A stretch of DNA of 62,751 bases. It comes from an uncultured Pseudomonadales bacterium. Its GTDB lineage: Bacteria > Patescibacteriota > Microgenomatia > UBA1400 > UBA1396. This document shows, one piece after another, positions 20,785-30,900 of the stretch. Numbering within the stretch: the first letter of the stretch is position 1; each line of letters opens with the position of its first letter. Both the position numbers and the translations under genes were made by a program. The stretch is taken from positions 1 through 62,751 of the forward strand of contig CAYUUK010000008.1 of NCBI GenBank assembly GCA_964447905.1, given 5' to 3'. The notes beneath the pieces were generated by a model. That model searched no databases. It saw only the letters and a list, made by a program, of their open reading frames with translations, and was not told the origin of the DNA.

Positions 20785-21299
20785 AAACACCCCAATTTGG
20801 AGTTTATTCAGGTCAAAAGAGTCGTGATGGCTTCACTTTGGTGGAGTTACTCATTGTGATCTCGATAATCGGTATTTTGGCGCGTTTTCTTTTCGTGAAC
20901 TTCGCCGAAGTTCGTATCCGCGGACGCGACACACAGCGCAAGAGTGATTTGGTGCAGATTAAGCGCGCCTTACGTTTGTACTACAACGACTTCCAGCGGT
21001 ACCCTGCGAATGATGGGGCGAATCGTGTTCTCGGGTGTGGAGACGACGGGCTTGAGCCCTGCGCCTGGGGCGGAACTTTTGAATCAGGTTCTACTACCTA
21101 CATGGGCGAACTACCCGCTGACCCAATCAATATTGGTGCACAGGTCTATTCTTATGAACAAGTCGATGGAGGAGAAGACTTCCATCTTGTCGCAATTCTC
21201 GAAAACAGATCCGACCAACAAGCTGTTCCTAGTCAAGAGCGCTGCGGCATAGCCGAAGAAGAAATTGATACCCAAACCTTTATGGTGTGTGCTAATTAG
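20778..21299 (+). CDS. Type IV pilin-like protein
   Basis: GGAGGA ribosome-binding site. Signal RDG|FTLVELLIVISIIGILA. It overlaps the previous pilin gene by 7 nt, suggesting one operon. Confidence 0.85.
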   Translation: MVKTPQFGVYSGQKSRDGFTLVELLIVISIIGILARFLFVNFAEVRIRGRDTQRKSDLVQIKRALRLYYNDFQRYPANDGANRVLGCGDDGLEPCAWGGTFESGSTTYMGELPADPINIGAQVYSYEQVDGGEDFHLVAILENRSDQQAVPSQERCGIAEEEIDTQTFMVCAN

Positions 21300-21460
21300 T
21301 CTCATACAGAGAAAGCAAAGATATTAAAATATTGGATTGTTTTAAGCGATTTGCTATGAGCAAAACAAATACTGACCCTGCGCCAGTGGTTTTTTTGCAT
21401 TCCTTTTCTGTCAACTGGTGAGTTCTAACTCTTCACGGCAATTGAGTGCAATCTTGTCAC

Positions 21461-23647
21461 TTAAAAGCCGACATCCTCTGGTAAGACAATGGCGCCAGAG
21501 TCGTTTTGTTCTGGGGCGCTCGACTCGTCAGAAGATCCTTGTGGTTGTTCCTGAAGGGGATCGCTCTCTAAGAGTTGATCAAATGTTGGACCTTGACCGT
21601 CAGCGGGTTGATTCTCTGGTACGGTTGGTTGTTCTGTGTCGAGCACAGCGGCGTTTTCACTGCCTTCTTCGGCGGTGCCAGCTGGGCTGGTGTTCTCAGC
21701 TTGTTGAGCGGCTGCAGCGGCTTGCGCTTCAGTGAGAGCGTTTTGCACGAGTGCATAGTCGCTGGCGTCTTCCTCAAGAAGGGACAAGGCTCTTTGGAAT
21801 GCTTGCACAGCCAGACCTGGTTGCTCCATAGCTTGGAGCGCCACACCATACTGGTAGTACGCTACGTGCCAATCCGGTTTGAGCTGGATTGCTTGTTCGT
21901 AGTAGCGTAAGGCCTGGTCTGGTTGCTGGAGCGCAACATACAAGTTTCCGAGCTGGGCGCGCATTTGTGGAGAGAGCGGATCCGTTTGGATTGCCTGGAT
22001 CAAAGCCGCTGTGGCCCAACGAGAGGAACCTTCCACATCAAGAATATTGCTGTAGAGGCTTGAGAGGTGTTCCCAGTTTTGTGTTTCGGTGGGATTAATT
22101 TGCGCGGCCATGCGTGCCTCGCGAATAGATTGTTGCAGGAGTTGCGCAAATACTTGTCTTTGTTCCTCAGTCAGGTCTCCATTTTGGGCCAGCGCTCGCG
22201 CTATCGCCAGGTTTGTTGACGAGTAGGAACGGCGGTACTGCGTGTTATATGGAGCCAAACGAATGGCCATTTGTTGCAGGTCATACGTCTTGGTAGCTTC
22301 GTTATTTTGTGCCGTAAGGAGAGAGCGGGAGTACAGCACTGTTGCCGCGTAGGTTCTGCCAGCAAAGTAGGACAAAACAATCAATCCAGCGCCCAAGACT
22401 CCAGCGGTGGCGTACGCAAAGCCAGCATGCGTCTTTTTTGTTTTGAGTTGTCCGGAAGGTCCGAGCTGAATGGCGGATAAAAGAACAACCACATCTTGTG
22501 CTGTGGTGGGATCGTTCTCGCGCGCTTCATTCATAATGACCAGGAGCGTGAGGGCCAGAACAGTGATAGTGGTTACGCTCAGTGGCGCGACCCAGAAAAG
22601 AAGCACTTGCACTGCAAAAAATACCAGGAGAGCTGGGTGGGCACGGAATATTTTTCGTCCTGTCCACGCTCCAGCTACGTAGAGACCAATCCATGAGGCA
22701 AAACCAGCCATACCGATTGTAGTTATGGAATGGAGTGCTTCTGAACTGCTTGCTCTAAAGCGCAAGGCCCAGAGATCAGTCATGTTGTAGGTCACGTCGC
22801 GGAAGCGGTGGAATGCCTGCAAGAAGTTCTCCGGTCCAATACCAAAGGCTAAACGCGGGAGTTGTTTCCAGTTCTCAATGGCAATACCCCAACCAAATTG
22901 GTAGGGCAGCAGCACGGGTCTTGCTTCTGGAGTGAGCAGCAAGCTGATACTCAGTCCGGATATGGTGGCAAAAAGAAATCCAGTGAGACCGAGACGAAGT
23001 TGGTGGTTTACCAGACTCTCCTCAGTATGAGCAGTTTTTTTACTCGAACGAAAATGTTTCCAGAGAAGTACAGCGTTGGCCAGCAGAACAGGAGTGAGTA
23101 GGGCAAAGAGGACTGCTGGTGACTCAGCCAGTGAAAAACTGACGTTGGTAGCAAGCTGCGAACCAGTAAAGCGATTGATGAGCCCGCTCAGCGTAAACGA
23201 ATCTGGCAGGACAATTTGCCACCACACTACGATTGAGAGGATGGCTGATCCCCAGGTGAGTCCGCTGAGCAGATGGCGCCAGCGGAAACCGCTGAAGGTG
23301 CTAAATCCAAACAGGAGAAGAAAACTCATTGCCAGGAAAGTAAGAAATCTCCCACTCAGCTGGGCTGGAGTGTTTGTGGCCAGACCGGCGGAAATACCCG
23401 CTGAAAGGAGCAGAGCTCCTGAGGCAATTGTGACAGGAGAAAGGGAGAAAAGCACCCGTTTTTCTCTTACCACGCGGTACATCCAGATGCCCGCTAGCAC
23501 AAAAGAGAGTGCTACAAAGAGAAACTGCTTATGAGCGGCGATGCTGTCCGGCACTACTGGCACAAACCACATGGGAATGAGCACTGCAAGCAGTGAGAGG
23601 ATGATGAAGCTGATTTTGTTTGAGCTCATAGGCATACGGTTCGACAT
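21461..23647 (-). CDS. Wzy_C (O-antigen ligase-like) membrane protein fused to C-terminal TPR repeats
   Basis: More than 10 TM helices with LAFGIGPENFLQAFHRF and a large periplasmic-type loop. The C-terminal TPR-like units include ALRYYEQAIQLKPDWHVAYYQYGVALQAMEQPGLAVQAFQRALSL. It is convergent with the pilin operon. Confidence 0.8.
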   Translation of the reverse strand: MSNRMPMSSNKISFIILSLLAVLIPMWFVPVVPDSIAAHKQFLFVALSFVLAGIWMYRVVREKRVLFSLSPVTIASGALLLSAGISAGLATNTPAQLSGRFLTFLAMSFLLLFGFSTFSGFRWRHLLSGLTWGSAILSIVVWWQIVLPDSFTLSGLINRFTGSQLATNVSFSLAESPAVLFALLTPVLLANAVLLWKHFRSSKKTAHTEESLVNHQLRLGLTGFLFATISGLSISLLLTPEARPVLLPYQFGWGIAIENWKQLPRLAFGIGPENFLQAFHRFRDVTYNMTDLWALRFRASSSEALHSITTIGMAGFASWIGLYVAGAWTGRKIFRAHPALLVFFAVQVLLFWVAPLSVTTITVLALTLLVIMNEARENDPTTAQDVVVLLSAIQLGPSGQLKTKKTHAGFAYATAGVLGAGLIVLSYFAGRTYAATVLYSRSLLTAQNNEATKTYDLQQMAIRLAPYNTQYRRSYSSTNLAIARALAQNGDLTEEQRQVFAQLLQQSIREARMAAQINPTETQNWEHLSSLYSNILDVEGSSRWATAALIQAIQTDPLSPQMRAQLGNLYVALQQPDQALRYYEQAIQLKPDWHVAYYQYGVALQAMEQPGLAVQAFQRALSLLEEDASDYALVQNALTEAQAAAAAQQAENTSPAGTAEEGSENAAVLDTEQPTVPENQPADGQGPTFDQLLESDPLQEQPQGSSDESSAPEQNDSGAIVLPEDVGF

Positions 23648-23699
23648 AAGGGTCTATCCTTCTGTTATAAGGACGTTGTTTTTCGGTAGGTTTGGTGTT

Positions 23700-24776
23700 T
23701 TACTCGACGATTCTCCAGAACAGCGTAACATTTTCCTCGAGAGGATTAAAGCTCTGGATGCTGAATCCTTCTCCACTTTTTCGGCTGGCTACGCGCAGAG
23801 GCGTATTGGGTCGGAACGAAGAGTTGGGTGAAATTTTCACAGAAATGGTCATGCTGTCGGTGAGAGCAGGCAACTCAACGAACACTTCGATTTCGCCCGC
23901 CGCGAGAACGACTTCACCTTGTTGGGCGTTATCGCTTGCGGTGGTTTGTACGCTGGTGTTGGTTCCTTCTTCGGCGTCAGCAATAACGGGGCCACCCGCC
24001 AGTAATTGAGCTTGTTGAGTGGGGAGTTGGTCGATGACCTCCTGCGTTAAGATGTCTGAGTTTTGTACGCCGAGTGCTTGAGCAATAACAATGTCTTGGT
24101 CAGCCTTGGCGGTGAGGGTTGGGTCGATGGCGCTGGCAGTTTTGTAGATGCGAGCGCGAAGCAGGAAGCCCAGTCCGTTGGCTGGGTCGAGGTCGATGGC
24201 CTGGTTTACAGAAGCGAGGGCTTGATCCAAGTACTGCATGATGGCCTCTTGGTCTGCTGGAGTTTGCGTTCTGGCGGTGGACTGAGATACTTGCACCGCT
24301 TTTTGCATAAATCCTTGGGCGAGGGTGAGGTGATAGCGATAGGCTTTTTCCTCGGTACTTAACAGAGTATTGTCAGAACCAGAAACGGTGTTTATTGGGA
24401 CCGAGTCCGCCGCAACGAGGTTGGCGGCAATCGGTGCAGAACTCGGCTCTGGACTTTCACCCTCATTGAAAGATTCTGTGTTTTCTGTCTGTGCACTGGC
24501 CACAAACTGGCCGCTTCTTTGTTGTTGGGCCAAGTAACTGCTGACAAGCTGCTGGTTGTGCGCCCTCAGTTGTGGGGTAACTGGCTGCGCCCAAAAGAGG
24601 AGCCCAAGTGGTAAAACCGAGACAACCGCCAGAGCAATCCAAGGACGTACTTGAGGAGAGTTTACCTGTGTTGCTGACGAAAGAAAGGCATCAACTCGAG
24701 TCCTCCAGAGAGGCTGAGGAGCGGCTAAATGCGCTGTGTTGAGCGCAGCAATTTCTTGTGGGGGCAGACCATGCAT
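23700..24776 (-). CDS. Hypothetical single-pass membrane protein with a TPR-like region and a C-terminal domain shared with the giant protein
   Basis: TM helix WIALAVVSVLPLGLLFW. TPR-like stretch LDQALASVNQAIDLDPANGLGFLLRARIY. The C-terminal ~75 aa align with the C-terminus of the 5,139-aa protein (details in findings). Confidence 0.65.
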   Translation of the reverse strand: MHGLPPQEIAALNTAHLAAPQPLWRTRVDAFLSSATQVNSPQVRPWIALAVVSVLPLGLLFWAQPVTPQLRAHNQQLVSSYLAQQQRSGQFVASAQTENTESFNEGESPEPSSAPIAANLVAADSVPINTVSGSDNTLLSTEEKAYRYHLTLAQGFMQKAVQVSQSTARTQTPADQEAIMQYLDQALASVNQAIDLDPANGLGFLLRARIYKTASAIDPTLTAKADQDIVIAQALGVQNSDILTQEVIDQLPTQQAQLLAGGPVIADAEEGTNTSVQTTASDNAQQGEVVLAAGEIEVFVELPALTDSMTISVKISPNSSFRPNTPLRVASRKSGEGFSIQSFNPLEENVTLFWRIVE

Positions 24777-24787
24777 AGCGTATGTTC

Positions 24788-24816
24788 AGTATGGCGTTTT
24801 CCTGGGGTGGTGTCAA
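24788..24816 (-). promoter_or_regulatory. Sigma70-type promoter (TTGACA-17-CATACT) for the 358-aa gene
   Basis: On the minus strand there is a perfect TTGACA (24811-24816), a 17-nt spacer and CATACT (24788-24793). The ATG at 24776 lies only ~12 nt past the -10 box, implying a very short leader. Confidence 0.5.
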
Positions 24817-24835
24817 GATGGGCGCGTTCTTTGTT

Positions 24836-24919
24836 GGGGTTACCCTAAGCTTTATTTTCCTCAAGAGGGGGAAACCTAGGTTTCCCCCTCTTGAGGTAGT
24901 TGTTGAGTAGGGTAACCCC
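24836..24919. repeat. Intergenic palindromic repeat, copy D (full, opposite orientation)
   Basis: Perfect 38-nt palindrome at 24859-24896 (CCTCAAGAGGGGGAAACCTAGGTTTCCCCCTCTTGAGG). It is flanked by GGGGTTACCCT and, on the other side, GTAGTTGTTGAGTAGGGTAACCCC. It lies 16 nt past the stop of the giant gene. Confidence 0.85.
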
Positions 24920-24934
24920 AAACCGGTGGTTTTG

Positions 24935-27900
24935 TTAGTTGATAATCCACCAATTAAAGCTCACATCCTGGTCAACTTCCCCATCAAGCACCACTTCAAA
25001 GTAGCCTTCATTTTCGTCGGTGTCTGGGTTTTCGCCTGATTTTGATCCAATGTACAGAACGCGGTTTTTGGTAGAGCTGGTTGGTGTCAGGTAGATGAGG
25101 GAGTCGTTGGAGATGACGGTGTTGCGCACGACGAACTTGGTTTGGCCAGCGGCGATGGTGCCGGTGCCCGTGGTCGAGTTGGTGACTACTGAGGTAGAGA
25201 TTTCTTCATCGGTGGAAGTGGCTTCTTCAGCAGCAATTATGAGGCGGCGGAAGCGGGAAGAGCCGGAGGCGGAGAAGGCGGCGATTTCTTGGTTATCGAT
25301 GCCGCGCAGGACGAACTCGCTCGGGGTGATTTCGGACTGTGCTTCGCCGGAGTCAGTCAGGGAAGTGTTTAAGCTGTTGGAGCTGGCCAGTTGGACCTCA
25401 AGGTTGTTGTTGGGCAGTGGTTGCAGGAGAGAGGCGAAGAGTGATTGCTCGGCGATGGTTTCGCCGGCCAGGGTGGTGCGGCCGTTGATAATGACGTCTT
25501 CGTTGATTACCACGCCGCCGTTTTCAGAGATGACGACGGCATCGGCCATCAAGGAGAGGCGACCGGTGCCGGTCGATTGAATAGCGAATGTTTCGCTGCT
25601 GAAGGCGAGTTCGGTGCCCGAGAGACTGGTGCCATTTACCAGGAGGGCGCTGTTGAGAGAGAGGCCTTGGGCGGTGATGATGCCGTCAATGTTGACGTCC
25701 ATGGCAATGTTCCAGGCAGTGGATCCAGTGGCTGGGGCGGGTGTGGTAACAATGGTGCCAAAGTCGTCGTTGGAGGAGGGTTGGGTGGTGGCAGTTTCTT
25801 CCAGCAAGGACGCGATCAACGATTTTAGTTCGTCATTTTCTGGGACAGAAACTTCCGCTGAGCTGGTGGCTACCGCTTCTCGTTCGCGGGAGACGATGGT
25901 GCGCACGCGGTCTTCCAGACCGGAGATGCTGTCCGAAGAAATGGTGCCTTCGATGCGGTTGGCGTAGAGGGTGCCGGAGATGGAGGCATCGTTGCTGGCG
26001 AGTTGCTCGAAACGGGCGGACTGGGCGGTGAGGTTGCCGGAGATTGAGGCGTTGCCGGTGACGCTGAGGAGTTCTTGAACGGTGAGGAAGCGGTTCTCGA
26101 GGTCAGTGATGACGGCTTGTTTGGTGCGCAGTCCGGAGTTGTCGATGGTGGCGAGCTGCTCGCCGGCTTGGTTAAAGATAGCGAATTGGCCGGACTCGGA
26201 GGCGCCTTCTTGGCCGATTTCGACGATGACATCAGCGTTCTCGAGTGGAGTAATCATGTTGGTGCGCGTTACGGTGGCCGCCAGGTTGTCGGTCTCGATA
26301 TTTCGAGCAAATAATGTGTCCATTACTCTGGCGTTGGCCACGTTGAGCTCGCGTAGGGCGAGAGTACCAAGTGTTTTCAATCGAGCGAGGGCGGCATCCA
26401 TGACTGATTCGCGTTGGGCCAAAAGGGCGGATGGGCTCGCACTTTGTGTGGCAGTAGGAATGTCACCAAACTGGCCGAGAGCGACGTTCCAGTTGGCAGT
26501 GCCGGAGTCACGCAGGACGTCGACGATGTCGAAGGAGTAGGCACCGAGGCCGATGAGCTTGCCGGAGCCGTCGATGGCGAAGGTGCCGTCGCCGGCAGAA
26601 GCGGTTTGTGTTGTTGAGTCGTAAGATGGGTCGAAGTAGCTGGTGTTGACGAAGGCCATGATGGTACCGATGCCGTTGTCGAGTTCGGCGTAGGCGTTTT
26701 TCTCGAGTTCGCTGAGGATACCGGAGGCGGTGGCGTTGTCGCTGTTGACGTCGACAGCAGCGGAGCCCGAGGCGGTCAGGGCGGTGATGTCACCGCTCAA
26801 GTCGACGTTGGCGTCGGCGAGGCCAATGATGGTGCTCGTGCCATCGAAGCGCTCCATGGCTTTTCCGATGGTGGGACCGGCGGAAATGGCTTTTACGGCT
26901 ACACCTGGAGTGCTGCCGGTGGTGAGGTAGTCGCCTGGTTCGATTGGACCGTTTTCGAGAGAGACTTTTACGGGAACACGACCAGCCAAAGCCACTTGCA
27001 CGGCAGTGGCGGCGCCGCGGGTAAGTTGTGGGTCACTGTCGTAGCCAGGAGTAAGACCACTGGCATCACCGAGAGTGATGGCTGGTTGCGTGGCGATGAT
27101 ACCGATAGCTTTGGAGTCTTGCGGACGGTCTGAGCGGACAACTTTTATGTCGCCACTGGGGTCGACGCTGACAATTTCACCGGCTTGTAGAGAGGTATCA
27201 TCCGTGCCGTACCACTCAGCTAAGTCAGCACCGCCTGAGAAGTTACCTTCCGGCAATGCTTGGTTGTAGCTACCAATGGACATCCAGGTGAAACAGGTGA
27301 CGGTGTTGGCAATACTCTCGACTGCGGTAAATTTGTTTTCGCGGATGCTCGAGGCATAGAGGTCATTGCTGCCGGAAAGATCAGTACATTGGCTCAAGGT
27401 GGTGGGGTTGCGGAGCGTTGAATTGAGTGAGCCCGCTACCGAGAGGAAAACGAGCGGCGGCGTGTTGTAAGAAATACCATAATGCACTTCTTTGGATGTG
27501 TCGTTAGATTCGAGCCAGCTCCAGCCTTTGCGGATGACTTGGGCCGTGGTGTCTTGGCTGTCGGTGCCGTTGTCGTCTTGGGTGTAGTTGGAGAAGATGG
27601 TGCCGCCAATGGCTTGTTGGAGTTTGTCCACGGCCTCAAAGAGCGTGTCGCCAATTTTTTCGCGCCAGTAGAGTGTGCTGCTGGTGATTAAGAGGTTGTC
27701 TTGCGTGGTTTCGATGCCGACCACGTTGTCGTAGCCAGAGGTGGAATCCCAAGCCGTACCAGCGTCATCGGTTTTGCCGGCGGAGGCGTGGTAGTAGTCG
27801 GTGACGTAGGCAGACTGAGCATCTAAGCGGACGACACCGCCGCCGTTAGAGCCGTCATTCAAGCCTACGAAGATGTCATTGGCTTCGATGCGTAGGGCTT

Positions 27901-30900
27901 TGGTCTGGCTCGTCGAACCAGGTAAAGCCCATGGTCGGACGCGGAAGTCTGAGGTGCTGTCAGGGAATGTCGACCAGGCAGGGGCAACAGTGAGGGAATC
28001 AGTGTTATTTTTGGTGATCAAGCGAGTTTGGCCCGCGCCGGTGCCGCCGGTGATTTCCAAAATCAGACCGCTGTATTTGTTGGATTCCAGGCTGAGAGTG
28101 GTTTTCCCGATGGTGGTGCTGGAGGCAATATCGGCGTCGGAAGCGGAGAAGGAGTCGGTGCCAGAGCCTTGGCGGTATATGGCGGCGATTTGGTTGGGGG
28201 TGAGGTAGTCAAAATGTAAGAACATTTCATCCAAATCACCTTGGAACCAGTTGGTATTGCTCGGGCCGGAGGAACCAAATTGCAAGTTGCCACCGTCAGT
28301 AATGCTGCCGACAGAGAAGGTTTCGCGCAGTTCGCCGTTGATGTAGAGTTCACCCACATTGTTGCGTTCTTGGACCACGACGTGGTGCCAGGCATCGGAG
28401 GTGAGCTGGGTTTCAAATTTCTCAGTTGGACAGCCGCCGCCGTCGGTGCCAGGACACATGCCAAAAATGGGAGAATTGGAGTCGAAGAACCCAAGGTACC
28501 AGCCTTCATAACAGTTGGTGCCGGCACACGTGTTGTAGGTGCCCATAGCATGGCGAGTGCTGGCAGCTCCCGAATTATCTAAATAGACCCAGCCTCCCAC
28601 TGCCCAGTCAGTGTTTCCGAGATTGCCCACCAAGTTGTCGTTGACGGCTACGTAGTCGCCTTGGCTGGAGTCAAAGGACATGGCGCGACCCACAGCACCG
28701 CTGCTGATTGGGGTAGGATTGCCGTCAGCGTCGCCAAGGTTGAGGGTGTAACTGGGGGCACTTTCCAAACCGTAGTCGTTGAGTTTGCCTTCGCTGTCAG
28801 ATGTTTCCATGGGGTAGTAGTGACTGAGACCGAACTGGTTGATCACGTTGTGTGTGGTGTTGATACTGCCGCTCAATCCAACCAGGTTCAAAAAATCGGG
28901 ATCGGGGGTGGTGGCTAAGTTGATAATATCGGTGCCGTAGCGATGCCCGAAGTAGACTTTGCCGCCGTCGACTTCCATGGCGTACTTGGTGTTGTACTCG
29001 GGGATACCGGTGAGGGCGGGGTAGTTTAAGACGTCGGTGCCGTCGTACATGCCAGGGGTGGAGTCGAGAGAAACATCGGCGGTAGCGTCGACTTCTTTGG
29101 ATTTTCCGTAGATATCGTCTGGCTCGACTTCGGAGTTGTCCTGGTTCCAGATGTTGTAGAAGATGTCGACGGTGCCTTTGCTGGCATTGGCGCCTACCAA
29201 AGTGCTGCCGGAGAAGCGCACGTTTTGGTAACGGCCACCGACAAAGGAGAGTTCGTCAATGCGCAGCTGAGTGCCACCATTATTAGCGTCGGCAGTGAAG
29301 CGATAGTATTGGTACTCGTTGCTGTTGCCGAAGTGGATGGACTGGATTTGACCCATGCCGTCGCGCGTGGCCAGTTCGGTCCAGGTGAGGCGGTCGTTAC
29401 TGCCCGAGACGGTGATGTCGCGGGGGCCGGAGACGTCAGAGGCAGTACTAGCCTGCCAGCGCACGCCAGAGACGGTTTGGGCGGAGCCGTAGGGGAAGTG
29501 GCGCTCCACGTAGAAGCCATCACCATTGTTTTCTGCTTGGGAGTTGTAGGCACTGTGGTCACCGCGGTCGATGGTGAAGAATGCTGAGTTAGCAGAGTCG
29601 CCGTTGACGGAGTTGGAGAACATGCGTTCGCTGTCACCGAGGAGCCAGAAGCCTTTGGTCTCGACGTAGGAGTCGCCACCGTTGCGCGAGATATTGAGGC
29701 GGTAGTAGCGGTACGCAGTCGAGTTACTGAAGGTGTATGTAAGGATATCTTCCGTGTCGGAGAAAGGATTACCGGTATCGGCTTTGCTGTGGAGGGAGGT
29801 CCAGTTGCTGCCGTCGTTACTGCCTTCGAGAGCCCAGGCCTCTATTTGGCGGCCACTGGTGACGTATCCTTTTACAGCGTAGCTATTGAATATTCGTGGT
29901 GAGGTGGCGCCGTAGTCGTAGCGGATCCATTCGCTACAGTTGCCGCTACTACAGCTAGAGGTCGAAAGCCAGCGGTAGTTACCGGAGGCTTGGGCATCGT
30001 CAAAAATGACGTTAGTTTCGTCAGCAGTCGTGTCGTTGTTGCTGGAGCTCGCAGTAATTACTGGCGCTCCCATCTGGAACTCGCTGACGTCAAGGAGGGC
30101 GCTGTCGCCGCCGTTTGCCGAAACATCGAGTCGATAGTGCTGATAGGCCGTGCTATTACTGAAGGTGTAAGACTTGTAAACGTATTTGTCAAAAGTCTGG
30201 CTGGAGCGGGTGTCGAGCGAGGTCCAGGTAACGGCGTCGTTACTGCCGTAGAGGGTCCAGTCAGCAGGGTAGGAGTTAGCGTCATTAGAGCGGACGAGGC
30301 CGTACTGGGTCATAACGAGTGGCTCTGGGTAGCTTACTTGCACCCAGCCGTTCGTGTCACCATTGGCGGTGGTGTGGAACTCACCGTTGTTGTTGGTGCG
30401 GCGCCAGTCGTTAATGTGGCGGGTGCTGATGGTGGTGGTATTTCGCGCAGAGCTGGCACGTGGTTTGGCCTTCATGAACTCGCTGCCGTAGAGTTTGACG
30501 GCTGATTTTTCGTGTTTGGTCTGCAGGAACATGTCGGCAATCCAAACTTGGTCGGCACTGGCACTTACTGGGTCCGTGACCACTATGCGGTAGTAGGAGT
30601 AGGCTGTGCCGCTAGAGTTGATTTCACCCCAGCGCACGGTGGGGAGTGCGCCCAAGTCGCGGTATTGGGCGTTGGTTACCGTTTCTAAGGTGGTCCAGGA
30701 GCTGCCGTTGTTGCTGGCTTGGAAGGTCCAGTCCTCTGGAGCTTCATTGTTGGAGGTATTGTCAGAAGGGCGCACTCCGTAGCGTTGAATGGCTTTGGCG
30801 CTGGCGAACTGGTAGGTCACGGTGAGAGTGTTGTTGGCAGCGTCGGAGCGGACGTAGGTGGTTTCATCGAAGTCGAAAGCGTTGACGGCGTCATCGCTGC

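Noticed and set aside
9129-24919. The palindromic repeats as a CRISPR array.
   Set aside because: The four copies are dispersed over ~16 kb in separate intergenic regions. They have variable cores, one copy is inverted, there are no regularly spaced unique spacers, and no cas genes are in the window.
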